Source: Perkinsus olseni (Eukaryota). From it: DNA of 59,903 nt. The notes beneath the pieces are model-generated. The model ran no database searches and was not told where the DNA came from. It was given only the letters and a program-made list of their open reading frames with translations. The stretch spans positions 1-59,903 of the forward strand of contig JABANN010000156.1 of assembly GCA_013115125.1 (NCBI GenBank), in the 5' to 3' direction. The translations under genes were made by a program, and so were the position numbers. Positions 24,543 through 37,197 of the stretch are shown piece by piece (the stretch's first letter is position 1; each line of letters opens with the position of its first letter).

Positions 24543-24863
24543 TCATGCAAATGCTGAGGCTGCGACTAAGGTTCTCAGGTCGATACCAAGGGACTCGGCC
24601 AACTCTTTAAAGGCTAATAAAAATGAATGCACTTTGTCGGTGATAAAGGCGATGAGGTAGCCGACGGTGGCACCGAATACGCCCACTAAGACGCACCGTG
24701 AGAGGGTTACCAGGGCCAAGTTGTCACCCCAGACTGCCGTGGTAAGCATGAGATAAATAATCCTCGGGTTTTGGAGGACGTAGTAGAAAGTAGCGCCCAC
24801 AGGGCGTAGCCAGAAGATGATGTAAGGCAGCGGCATGAGGCCTGACAGCTCATGTTCGGCCAT
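24543..24863 (-). CDS. Small hydrophobic protein (106 aa), paralogue A
   Basis: ATG-started intronless ORF with clear similarity to 24994-25293 (SGLxPLxYxxFWLRP; ESxGI...ASxFA*). Confidence 0.75.
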   Translation of the reverse strand: MAEHELSGLMPLPYIIFWLRPVGATFYYVLQNPRIIYLMLTTAVWGDNLALVTLSRCVLVGVFGATVGYLIAFITDKVHSFLLAFKELAESLGIDLRTLVAASAFA

Positions 24864-24993
24864 TGTTTATAAAGTATAGCTGCTCCTTAACTCAAGTCCT
24901 CTATGCTGACAACTCGACTACCGGTGGCTATCCACACAGACAACAGGGATGCATGATTAACACACGACAAAGGGCGTTTAAACAAGTAGGGAT

Positions 24994-25293
24994 TTAGGCG
25001 AAGGTTGAAGCTCGAGCAAGGGCCGCATAGGTGATACCGATAGACTCAATGGTGCGATGGAATGATATTAATGACTCGTGAATGAGTAGAGTTAGTAGGC
25101 CCATCACAGATCCCATCAGGCCTCCAACAGCCGCACCAGCCGAAGTAAGGATGATGAAGTTTATAGATCCACCGGCATCCACTAGGTCCACAGCAGAGGG
25201 TTGACTTAGCGTGTAAAGAGCTATTTGGGCCATGGGACGGAGCCAGAACACCCCGTAAACGAGGGGGAGTAAACCAGAGCCCTTTAGACTCAT
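24994..25293 (-). CDS. Small hydrophobic protein (99 aa), paralogue B
   Basis: Paralogous to 24543-24863; protein-level conservation despite DNA divergence supports coding status. Confidence 0.75.
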   Translation of the reverse strand: MSLKGSGLLPLVYGVFWLRPMAQIALYTLSQPSAVDLVDAGGSINFIILTSAGAAVGGLMGSVMGLLTLLIHESLISFHRTIESIGITYAALARASTFA

Positions 25294-25341
25294 TAAGGGC
25301 GATCAAGGCGATCGGCGGCAGCCATGCGCGAGTCAGGGCGA

Positions 25342-25369
25342 GCGCGATCTCATATACAAACGCGCACGC
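25342..25369 (+). promoter_or_regulatory. Candidate promoter motif at a divergent strand switch
   Basis: GCGC-GATCTCATAT-ACAAAC-GCGCACGC; near-copy on the opposite strand at 43557-43586. Confidence 0.5.
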
Positions 25370-25600
25370 CCAGAAAATCCAGTTTCTCCCCGCCTTCCCT
25401 TATTCGACGACGGGATGGGCGGCCAATATGAATGATTGAGTGTTTCTCGTCCGTGGGGGTCGGAAGTAGTCTAATCTCGATGATAAGGGATGGGTGATGA
25501 GGGAAGTCTAATTGGTTCATAACAAGGGGGGGGCGTGCAGTGCACGCCGTAACCTGGATGACTATGCATTAGTATCAGCAGTTGTATAGTAGTAGTGGAG

Positions 25601-27268
25601 ATGTCTACTGCCGCTAGCTCCATTCCTGACGACCTCTTCAAGAAGGCCAAGACCGGCAAGGGACGGAGGATACTGGCCGAGAGGGCATCGAAGATTCAAG
25701 TACATCATCACCCCAGGGTGTCCTTGTGTATCATCAGCACTGTTGTTGTCTTTAGGAGAATGACAAGACCGTTATGCTGCTCCGAGGGCCTCAGGCTGGA
25801 CAAGATGTCAACGCGCTGTTGAAGGATCTGTAGGCTGCAGCAGTGGGGATGAGGGGCTGGGAGTGGGTGTACTTAGATACGACATGCTCAAGCCGAATGC
25901 TGTCAATCTTAGAAGAAACGAGAGCGTTCAACCTTTCGAAGATCCTGGTAGTATCTAGGGTTGCACCTGGGAAGATGCAGATTAGGTCAAGACTGGCGTG
26001 AAAAAAAGTGGATATTCTAGGCACTCTGGAATTCCTCGCCAAGAAGAACGATGCCAGTCTGTTCATATTCGGATCGAAGTAGGAATAGGTCATCTAAATA
26101 TTTACAGTAGTAACTCCTTCTCACAGGACTAAGAAACGGCCGTTCCGGTTGGCTGTTGGTCGTACCTTCGACCACCAGCTCCTGGACATGGAGGAGATGC
26201 ACGTTTACAACTACGTAACACGGCCTTCTACTTCTGCTGTGCTGCCATGACCCATCGTGATCACCATCCACAGGTGCCGGCTAGTCAGTTCAAGGCAGAG
26301 GCCCCTCGACTGGGTAGTAAGCCTCTGGTCATCTTCCAAGGGGATGGCTTCGGCAGCGTGCCCGATCTTCAGCATGCTAGGTCGCTCTTGCTGGACGTAT
26401 TCAGAGGCTCACAAGTAGGCTCCCTTCCTTCGCGCAGTCCCTAGATCGATCCTTGAATCAGGCAAAGGCAGTGGCTTTGGATGGCCTAGATCATGTCGTG
26501 GTCTTCACTGCCGTTGAGGACCCCGAAGAGCCTGGCGCTCATCTTATATGCTTCAGGTAGGCCAATTATCGTTCTCATCAAGTTGGTCCATACCACCTTT
26601 GCATGACACACCATTGATACCATCATACCACACACCATTGGCGAACATCCCTTCAAATCACCGGTCGCCTCGGAAACAGACATCATTGTTGAACTCGCAG
26701 GCATTACCGCATGACGTTCAAGCGTACTGGGACCAAGCTGCCCCACGTGGAGCTCTCCGAGCTTGGACCGAGGTTCGATCTCAAGACGGATAGGGACAAG
26801 GCTGCTGACCATGAGAAGTGGAAGTAGGGGTTCAACCTCGAGGGAACGAGCTTTGAGAGGGATATGCGTGGTTGTAGGTACGCCACTAGGCTGCCTACGC
26901 AGACGTCTACTACCGAGTACAATAAGGAGAAGGAGCGTCCCAATAAGTCCAAGAACATCACGACGGACATCATGGGACAACGTGATGCTACTTGAAGGGA
27001 CGGATAGGGGGAAACGATATGTGTTCAGGTCGTGGTCGTATCCATCTCGAGAGTCAGAACTTCAATAAGCTTTATACTCCTCATCATAAGACATTCCTCA
27101 AGAGGAAGGAGAAATTCGCTGAAACTGCCGCCGATGAGGAAGGAGGAGGTCATACGGGGTCCACCGGGGAGAGCCATCAACGGCTCTTAACACCGTTATA
27201 CTCGGTGTGAGCTCTTATTCGGTCGTGCTTCAGATGGTCCCTCTCCTAAGAAGGCCAAGTCCACTTAA
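25601..27268 (+). CDS. RPF2: Ribosome production factor 2 (Brix domain)
   Basis: Spliced: KAKTGKGRRILAERASKIQENDK...LEFLAKKNDASLFIFGS...KKRP...GRTFDHQLLDM...LPHVELSELGPRFDL...KNITTDIMG...GRIHL. Confidence 0.93.
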
Positions 27269-27473
27269 GTGGCCGGAGCAATCATTGCTACCCCGTCCCT
27301 ACGTACTACTATCTACGAACGTTGCCGTTTCTCTCTCTGAGGCGGAAGTGTTGTGCAAGTTGTAGTATAATAATCGTCATCGAAAAAGTCTGCAGAGGTC
27401 GTTCAATAGGCATCATTGCAGCACTTCCCATCGTTAAGCCTCAGAGCAGAGCCCTACTTCTCTTGTTGTGGTG

Positions 27474-29136
27474 ATGTCTGCTACTCCAGCTTCCTTCGAG
27501 GTGCCTCCGAGTTCGAGAGGGATTAAAGTCTATTATAGAGGGGAGAAGGAACTGTCTCAAGGGGAACCGTAAGTACCCCAACTAGGGTGAGGCTTTTCCC
27601 ACCACAGCGGCCTATCGGCCTTCACGTGTTTTCGTAACGGGTGGCGCGAATTTGATTGGGGTGATTGCATAAAGCTGGCATCATGCTTTTGCTGTTATCA
27701 TCATAGTGCAACTGCAGACTGTGCCCCCTGTGTCCTCAGTTTCACTCTGAAGTACACCGAATGGTGTCTGGACGAGGCCACAGGCGTGTGTGTATGGTGA
27801 GTTCGGCATGGGATACCCCGGCCATCGATGCCTCCTCGTAGTTTTCTATCAAACCCGAAGAAGCTGAACCCCTTCACCTTCAACCTGCTCTGGGAGGTCC
27901 TCTTCTGTGTAGAGCATGCTGAGCGGGACCCCAGAGTTAAAGTGGTCATCTGGGCCGGTCGTGGTAAAGCTCTCCTCCTCGATACCGTCCCTTCCCGGTA
28001 TCACTGATCACCAGGTCGCTGCTTCTCCGGCGGTGCCGACTTCACGTCCCTCTTTGCTATCGACATCGACCCTGAGATCATAGCTGGCTACAGACGAGTT
28101 GGTAAAGGCATGGCTAGGGACATGGACGTAGCCTTACAGGTGACGCATTTCGGAGTAGAATTCTCCCCCAGGATCGCTGAACCCCCTCAGGGTGTCACAC
28201 AGCGTTTGCTGGCCTTCAAGAAGCTATCAATCTCAGCAGTCCATGGGCCATGCATTGGTGGCGGGGCCAACTTCGCACTACTACTGCACGACTTCGTTTT
28301 CATCTCTAAGAGTGCGAAATTCCGGTACTCCGTCTAATCGGCGCTCACGCCCTCCTTGGGATCGGACGAACTGTTAGTTACCCCTTCGCCGAGCTTGGCA
28401 TCCCTGCGGAAGTTGGCTCCTCCTTCCTACTGCCCTACAACGTTGGCCCACAGCGTGCCAAGGAGCTCCTCATGCTCGGGGAGTTCTTTGGAGCAGAGAA
28501 GGCTTTTCATTTGGGTGTGGCCCCTTCCTGCCAGTTTTTGTACTCGTCAAATCTCGACGATGTTCTCAGGCCTCGCACATCAGATCGTAGAGAAGGATGA
28601 AGACCTTCTCCCCACTGCCATCGCTTTTGCCGCGACTAAGTTGGCCCATAGGAAGTGATGCCCCCCGTGAAAGGAGACTGCCCCTCGCTGTGGGGCATCA
28701 GCGCTGCTTATCAGATACATGGACTCATATGCTTACACCAAGGCTTTGGTTAACGGTAATTTGCTTGCTATTATGAAAGCCCACAGATCATTGGATAAAG
28801 AGGTGATAGCACCGCGTGCTAGGTGGTGCTATCTTCATAATTCTCTCGCGCAACGCTTGTGGTGGTCCTAGGACTATGCCTAACGGAATAGCGTGGGCCG
28901 CCCAATACCGTCACTCGCCTTCAAAACAGACCTGATCCCGCTTGAATTAACTCCACTGCCTTTGGGATATCGCTTTTCGCGGGTATCATTATGTGTAGGA
29001 CGGTTTGTTCTTCCTCTATTAGAACGAAGCCTTCGAGGTAGCGTTGAAGTCCGAGGGGTTCATGGCAGCTATGGCGGCCTTCAAGGCCAAGATTGGAGGG
29101 AAGAAGAAGCAAGGAGCCCAAAAGTCCAAGTTGTGA
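27474..29136 (+). CDS. Enoyl-CoA hydratase/isomerase (crotonase) family protein with C-terminal PTS1
   Basis: NPKKLNPFT...GRCFSGGADF...AVHGPCIGGGANFAL...PFAELGIPAEVGSSFLLP...AKELLMLGE; last exon ends GAQKSKL*. Confidence 0.9.
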
Positions 29137-29276
29137 ATCGGATCAGCTTTCCTATTCTGAAAGTCCCCATGTGCTAGTTTTTAATGAGTTTATCTGAAGA
29201 TTTCATCAGCTTCGTGTTGTAGAAGTGGGGCCGGGCTCAAGACTGGTGTAGGACAGGCCTCGGGTCCAGTACCAGC

Positions 29277-30616
29277 ATGGGACGTCTATCCAAAGACAAG
29301 CGGGACATATACTATCGGCTGGCTAAGGAGGAGGGCTATCGGGCAAGAAGTGCGTATAAACTCCTACAAGTCGATGAGCAGTTTCATGTACTACTCGGGT
29401 CTGTCCCACGGGGTTTAGGTTAGAAACCTGAGCTTTGGAGTGGTACTGCTACTGTTGCCGTGCGTGATTTGTGTGTTTCAGATATTGGGTGATGACTTGG
29501 AACGAGTTGTGGACTTATGTGCTGCCCCGGGGAGTTGGAGTCAGGTAGTACGAAGAGGGCGCGATTGAGGGGGTATTGGGGACTGTCGGAAGGTCCTGAG
29601 TAAGAAGCTGTGCGAGAATCTCAAAGGCTCCGAGAAGAAAAAGCCATTGATCGTCTCTGTTGATCTTCAAGAGATGGCTCCCATACCAGACGTTACCTGC
29701 ATCCAAGGGGATATCACCTCTGAGAAGACTGTGAAGGAGGTAGTCCAGCGGCCAACACAGAATGCCACCCGGCCACACGGTTCCTCGCTGGTCAGGTGCT
29801 CGACTGCTTCGGAGGACAGTTGTCTGACTTGGTGGTGTGTGATGGCGCACCTGATGTCACGGGAATGCACGACATGGATGAGTAAAGGGACTGACGGGCA
29901 GTGTTGGGAGCCGGTGTTACCTGCCTTCGTCGTGAAGATACGTACAGTTCCAGCTGCTACTGGCCGCCCTCAACATCACCACTCTCTTACTGAAGCCGGG
30001 CGGAAGTTTCGTAGCGAAAGTCTTCCGTGGAGAGAATGTTGATCTACTCTACGCTAAGATGTCCGTATCACCCGTTACCGCAGTCCAAGCCATCCCTTGC
30101 CGCCTCAGGTACGTCTTCTTCGAGTGTGTGTGGGTGGCCAAGCCTCGAAGCAGCCGTAACAGTAGTGTGGAGTCTTTCATAATCTGTAGGCGGTGTGAAG
30201 CCTCTTACCTCCATGAGGGGATGCCTTCGGCTGTAGGTAAAAACTTTCGGTTGCCCAAAGGCTACACGCCCCGACTGTACAGTGCACACGAATTCAAGAC
30301 GGTCATTGAAGGCTGTGGTGAGTTGCACGAGCGCAGCTTCCGTAGAGGAGACGGTATCTTTGCAGAAGCCACGCAGGACGAGAAGCGACTTGTCCCATTT
30401 GTTGCATGCGGCGACCTGAGTGGCTATGATGCTGATATGAACTACAGCGCTCCTACAGGTGGGAACGGTGGGGCCCCTCCACCTTCGAAGCTGTTGTCGT
30501 TGTTAGATTCTAGCGAGCCCCTGGCACCGGTACAACCTCCCATTAATCCGGCCTATGCTGATGCTATCAGGGAGAAGAAAGAGTCCCAGAATAAGAAGAG
30601 GGCGAAATTGACGTGA
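29277..30616 (+). CDS. TRM7: tRNA (C32/G34-2'-O)-methyltransferase (FTSJ1)
   Basis: [86 protein letters not shown]. Confidence 0.96.
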
Positions 30617-31044
30617 ACCACAGCAACAACTGTCTGTTACCAAACTACCTCGCCCGTGCTGTGTTGAATTGTTGTTACACTAGCTTCGCCACTCTCTTGT
30701 CATCGCTATGTTATCGGCCGAAAAAGGATTTTATTTGCAGCTATTGGATGAGCTAAGGAGATGAAGTACTGAAAATAGTGTCAGAGGCACTCGGAGCTTG
30801 GAGCTCTTGAAACACATGGCCGGATCGACTCGGGGTTGTGAATGAAACAGTACGCTAGTCGAACGGTGCGTACTGTCGGACTCAAAGTTGAAGAGTTTCC
30901 ATAGCCGGAGGGAAGGTGTCTAGTGCGATATCACATAGTAGGGGCCACTATGGCCCGCACCACGAAGAAAGCATGGGGTCGTCGTTGTCCTATGATAATG
31001 GCGATGGACGCGTACCCTGCCCTGGTTAGATCACCTCTCCCGCC

Positions 31045-32985
31045 ATGACAGACTCACGAACCTCATCAAGGCATAGTGAGCGGAGTGCCGAGCCAGCGTC
31101 GACTCCCCACCCAATGGAAGCTGCAATCCGGGCGCCGGATGCCCTCGAGGAGGCGTTCGAGCTCCTCAGGCAGCAGCTCCGTAATGAGCGTCAATGTAAT
31201 CTCCTCTGCATCCAGCCCCCCCCCCTCATCAGATGATAGAGAACGTGAAGTCTTGCACCTCCAGAGCAAAGTCACAGCCTTGGAGGCCGCGTCGTAAGAT
31301 ACCATGCTCCCAGTGCCGACCTTCTCTTTCGTGAGTAAGGCAATACTCAGGCGTGTACGCATGGACGGGCCTCTCGACATACAAGCAGTCACTCAACAGG
31401 AGGAGGAGGAGGAGGGATGTCGAGAAGAAGCAGCCGACAGTATAGAACTCAAACGAGGCGATGGGAGACTGCCAGTTGGCGCGGGTGACTTATCGACACG
31501 AGACACCACTCGAAGCTTCTCCGCTACTCGCCGGGCATCACCGCGGCTCGTAGTTGGTCCGTCACACAAGGCCACGAGAGCCCTCAGGTAGCTGTTTCGT
31601 AGCTATCCACAAACACCTAATTGACATCTTCCCGCAGACACTATGAGAGGGTGTACGGCACGCTGAAGCCAACACGACGGGCCTCAGCATCGGCCAGACA
31701 AAGCCCGGTTTCGACAAGGGAGACCAGCAGCGTTGAAGCATCCGTAAGGACACTCAATCGAACTCCGCAGCAGTGAAGAACTCCCAGGTACCCAGCCGCT
31801 CCTCGCCGCAACCGAGCTCCGTAGGGGAGGCCCCAGATCTCGAGGTTAAGAATCAGAAACTTCAGGAAGTAGCAGGTTCTCTATGGGCTCAACTTGTGAC
31901 TAGTCGACCCTTCCACGGCCACCAGCCAGCGAAGGCTCTACCGACGGTGATTCGACTAGTTCCCTCCGTAGGCAGTTTGGAATCTCCGTCAAGAGCTCGC
32001 CGAGATGAGAGACCAGTACAAAGCTCTCTTGAGAGATTCCAGAGAGAATGCATCATGGCGGCGTGAAAAGAGCCTTCAAAAGGCGTAATTCCGCCAGCAC
32101 CCGGTCGTAGCCCTTCCAGTCGGCCTTCGGGCAGGTGTCGACAGATACGCGTGCTGAACGAACAAGTGGGCATGCTCTACACAGAGATGACGCTGATGCA
32201 GGCACGGGGAGATAATTGCTGCTCTCCCGCTGAGGATATCTTCGTCGTTGAGGCGCTTCTTTCAGGCGTCAGAATTATACTCAGAGTCGGTTAATGGAGA
32301 GCGCTCACTGAATGATGTGACACTGATAACAACTGGGCACGAAGCAACGGTTCACGTTCCTCTGTAGAGTAATGTTGTGCAACTGGAGAATAAGCGTCTC
32401 AAACACGAGTTGGAGTGCGCCAATGGTCGGATACGGGAACTGCTGCAGGAGGTGGAGACACTAGCTCAGAGCCGAGACCGAGCATTCGAAGAGATTCAAC
32501 GCCTGTGAGGAGTTTCTGGAAGCTCTCCTCTCTTCCATGTATCAGTGTGGCATGACGAGCACAGAATTCTCTCCCTCAGGAGGATGACGGCCTTCGATAG
32601 AGCGCTGCGAAGAAGAGCCACTGGGTGAGCTACAAGAAGTTGTCATTCTAAGATTCGTCATTGATGCTCACTGACAGGGAATTAATTCCCGTAACGCCCA
32701 CACGACCGAGAGCAGAGCCGGAGAAGAAACGGCGTCCGGTACTCGTTTCGCGGCTGGATAGAGTGTTTATGTACATCTTGCCTTCAGGGCCGCCGCCTCG
32801 CCGCCTCGAGTATAACGTGAATTCTCTGGATGTTATCTTCGCACGCTTTTGGGTTGCGTTGGTTTCGAGAAGGGTGCTCGTTACTCGTTATGGTGGGGGC
32901 AATGAGTTGGAGGTTTTTTTTGACCCTTTATATGCTCCGGGAAAACGCAGCCTCCAGTTTGCCGAGCTCAACCAGGGGCGCGTGA
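31045..32985 (+). CDS. Multi-exon coiled-coil hypothetical protein
   Basis: Heptad-rich fragments (LEEAFELLRQQL; EVLHLQSKVTALEAA; LEVKNQKLQE) flanked by splice-like sites. Structure not fully resolved. Confidence 0.45.
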
Positions 32986-33619
32986 ATGCGGGATTGTTCG
33001 TCTTGTCTTGTTCACTGGAACACATACGGCGCTAAACTGGCTACGTGTTTTGTTTGCGTGAGTCTTGTCGGGGCTGTCGGAAGAAATTTGATGCATTACA
33101 CGATACATTGCCCTGGTTAAGCTCAGCACTAATTTACAAAAACTACACATGCTCGGCCCGTCAGCGTTGCTGCGTGTGCCATCTCACTTGGACGACATAC
33201 AGTAGGAGCATCACCACGACTAACCCGCTCACCATCACTCAGCATGTTGCGTTGACCACCGGTCGTAGTGGCATCAGCAAACTAAATCCGACGCTAGGCG
33301 CGACACCTGATGCCCCCGCCGTATGCTTCGAATACCGTGCATACCAGCAATGGTAACAACGGATGCCTCTTCGTGCGCTGGATTCACCGTAGCAACCGAC
33401 GAACGTCGGCTACCCCCTCGAAGGGTTCGTATCGCCCCAGTTTAAGTTGCGTGTTGGCAATCGGCTATAGTATCATCACGTGACTACGTCTACACTTCTG
33501 CGCAACACTCGGATCTGAATCCTTCGAGAAAGTTCAGATGACATGGCCCAAGAATAGTTAATAACAACAGCAGCTCGGATGTTCACTGCCCTGCGGCGAA
33601 CGGCAGGTTGCTCGTCCCT

Positions 33620-36399
33620 TCAACCACCAGTTGCTCCCTGATGACTGGACTTGTCCTCAGTGGTTTCTTGATTAACATCAAGTATCTTATCCGGACTGCC
33701 TGGTCTGCTGTATCCGTCGCCTCGACACGCAGCCTCCCATGATGGTGTCGATGTAGCCGTGAACCCTCCGGCGTAGCGCGGTCCCCCCTCAGCAGCCTCA
33801 GGAGGCCCAAGACCGGGCAGGAATATCTCAGTTTTGGTTCCACGAGCTTTCGAAAAGCCCTCGTTCAGCTCTGGGAACTTCGCAACAAGCTTCTTCGCCA
33901 CTCGGTAATTCCTCCCAACCAACGAGTTACCCGAACTGCCCTGTCCATTGCTGCTGCTGCTGTCGCTGCCAGCTGCATTCTTATTGTTCTTGAGAATGCA
34001 GTGTATGGAGGGCTTGAGGGCCTTGACGAGCTCCCCGAACTCTGGTAGGCCACGATTCTTCATAACTATGAGCAGCTTCTGCAAGACGTAGTTGCCATAA
34101 GTATCCCAAAGGAGCTCCTCAAGCCGCCTGTCGGACAGGAGATCCTTGGCAAAGCTTCGGGCAAACGCTGAAGGGCCGCGAACGAGGAGAAGCTCGACAC
34201 AGTTGGAGGAGTATTTATCTTTCGATAGAGTGACTATCGAGGTGGAGAGGATTCTGGAGATCTCGGCGAGGGCGTTGCAACCTTGAGTGCTGCCAGAGAG
34301 GGCCGGGCTCTGAAGGATATGCTGTACTGCATAGTTGCCATATTGATGCCGCGCCATAACGACAAAATCCACCACAAATATCTGAGGAAAGGTATCCTCG
34401 CCTGGTGGCGAGGTCGAGGCCTTACTTCCAGTAGCCTCGAAGTGTGGCGGCCGACAATGACAGGATGCTCGGTCCACCCAGACCCATTGGGATAGTGCTG
34501 TTGCATGTCGGGTATCATCTCAACCTAGCAGCACGGGCAGGGAAGGGCAGACTGCGTTCACTCCGTCCCTCACTCGATCGACTGCCGGGCATCTTTCGAT
34601 AACCTTCTTGGCGGTAATGACGCCCCACTGTGAGCAGCTTATCTCGATGAACCGATCCAGAAGGCACTCCAGCAGCCAGCCACTTTGAGCCATCACGTCT
34701 AGTATCTGACATCACTGCAACCTTCCTGCATCTTGCAAGGGTCGACCCTAGATACCCACCTACCTTGAGGAGAACATAACAGCCATTAGCATCAACAGCC
34801 AGCTCCCTACAGCAGACTCGGATGGCACCGAGTAGAGGCAGCTGATTGGAGCCGCCGTAGCGGACGTTGGCCTCACTAATTAGTTTCTGTACAGCACGAG
34901 TTCCATGGGGGTGTATGCATAGATCAAACAAAGCACGGCCCTTGAGGATTTGGGTGTTGAGCAGCTGCTCAAAGGTGGCCATGTCGCTGACCTCGAGGAC
35001 AGCCTGGGAGACGTAGTTACCAATGGCATGGAACGAGAGCGGTAAGAATAAGGGCACGAGTCGATCCACCACTCGAGAGACCTGAGCACGACCATGATGA
35101 TGATGGAGGCCGTTGAGGTATCCTACCTGAGAGGCATTGCGGAACTCAGCCCTGAGAGCATCCTGCAGGTAGAGGGAGGTGACGTGGTCCTCAGCGTAAA
35201 CTCGGACCTCCTCATCAGTCAAGGCGAGGAAGTCATCGAAGGGGAACTGTCCAGCGTTCTTGACAGACAGTCTGTCCAGAGATTCCCTGTTGGGACTAGC
35301 TCCAAGAGAGGGGGCAGGGTAATCCGCATGGCCTGATGGTAGGGAAGGTAGACCCAAGCGAGGGGCAGGAGGATGATGATGATGGTCGTAGCGGACGTTA
35401 TTAGAGGGCAGGGCAGGGTAGAGGGCAGTGGCTGGTGGTGTCTCGTAGACCAGAGGGTTCATCACAGGGGAGAGAGTAGGGTCTCCTCCTCCTACTGCGG
35501 TAGAGGGATGCTGCTGCGGAGGCATGGTGTAGTGAGGGTGGAGGGTAGTGCTGCCTCCGACCGCCGCTGTGGCGGAGTAGGACATAGTTGGTGATAACAC
35601 AGGGGACGGAGGAGATGACAACGACCAGGGGTCATAGCAGGTGGGGTCTGATGGAGGAGGGGAAGCGTAGGGCATGTAGGACCTGAAAAATGGGCGCCCA
35701 GTCGCCAGTGACGCTTGGCCCGACGCTCACCCAGGTGCCCAGGGCTGAGCGTAGAAATACTCGTCAGCTTGGTCCGAGTACTCGGGGGAGATACTCGACC
35801 CTGGTGCTGCTGCTGCTGCTGTGACAGGGGGAGGGACCCCATGGTCATAGGGCGCAGGCATGCTGCCGACTGGTCCTGGATGTCTTTGGATAGGTGCCGC
35901 CATCTCCACTAGGCCTGATAGAGAGAGTGAGGGGGAGTAGGAGGGGTGTACACTTACGCATGTCGCCCACACTGGGGGAGGGGTTCATGCAGCTGCTGCT
36001 ACTGCTACCTCCTACTCCACTACTACCGAGCCACGGCTGCGAGGGGCCACGGTCACACCACTGGTTGGGGGGATACTCGAACTGCCCCCCAGGTAGAGGC
36101 CCGCTCCCTGGTGGGCTCATCGTTGGAAGTGGAGGAGGATGGGGAGGCATCATCAGCTGTGTTTCATAGTCAGTACTCCCTACCATGCCCTGTGGGGCCG
36201 CTATCTGTAGCAGAGGCACGAACACTGAGGACTCGAGTAGGCACAGCTGGGTACTCACCCCGGGCGGAGAGGAAGGTGGAGGGGGTGGAGGAGGAGGCAT
36301 CATCCACCTAGAGTCAGTTGGGGGGCCGTAGAGTGGAGCACTAGTAGTAGCAGTAGTAGTAGCGGAGGACAGGAAGCAGTCGCGCGGCGAATTCGCCAT
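33620..36399 (-). CDS. Pumilio/PUF RNA-binding protein with Pro-rich N-terminus
   Basis: PUF repeats HAIGNYVSQ, HPHGTRAVQKLI, DANGCYVLLK, HQYGNYAVQHIL, DKYSSNCVE, DTYGNYVLQKLL. Confidence 0.9.
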
Positions 36400-36721
36400 G
36401 GATGAGCAGGGATGATAGAGCCGTGTCCAACACGGAGATGGAGAGGCGGGCAGTGGAAAGATATACCTACCACTCGATAACAATGACGACACGCAACCCG
36501 ACGCCGACGACTAGGACGGTGATGTCCTACGGACAACATCATCCTAGTCGTCATCGTCCGTGGCCTAAGCTGTCTTATAGATAGCTTCATACTGCTGTAT
36601 GCTAGCAATAATATTATATACCAGAGACGGGTAGACGCTAATTGACCATGGCTGCAACACAACCGCTGAGGATATGATGTTGGAAAGTTATGGTAAGACT
36701 GTTACGATGGAGGTGTTGTCA

Positions 36722-37197
36722 TCAATCTTTGCCTTCATCAAAATCAGCCGGTTTATCTGGACCGAACATACACAAATGGCCCAGGCCTCGAGCCTCCATG
36801 TCCTCCACTAAGCAGGCCCGATACTCCTCGAAGTACTCATCACACGATAGGGCGAGGTCCCCTCGGAGGAAGGCATGCCGGTACCTACAACCAAGATGAG
36901 GATGATGCTCGAGGAGTGGTACTAGGAGGGTACCAGTTGTTGAAGCATTGGTCGTATCGGTCCTTGAGATGCTTGCAAGATTGAATGGCCTGTTTATGGG
37001 CATCTGCCACTTGCTTACCGTCCTGGAGGATATCACTACAGTACCCAACAGCGGCCCGGAAGGGTTACATTAGGATCGACCTGCTCCCTCGGTGCCGTCG
37101 CTGCAGCTGCTTCTTTACTGTCAGCGGCGTTCTTGTCCTCGTTCTCATTCCCAACATGAGCCTCCTCCTTCTTGTGACCTCCCCATAACCACCCCAT
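36722..37197 (-). CDS. MDM35: Mdm35/TRIAP1 mitochondrial intermembrane-space twin-Cys protein
   Basis: Spliced SCKHLKDRYDQCFNNW|YRHAFLRGDLALSCDEYFEEYRACL matches the UPF0203/Mdm35 pattern. Confidence 0.85.

Noticed and set aside
33270-33345. Hairpins GGCATCAG/CTGATGCC and GTATGC/GCATAC in the convergent spacer
   Set aside because: Short stems with no recognisable ncRNA or SECIS features; cannot be distinguished from chance.
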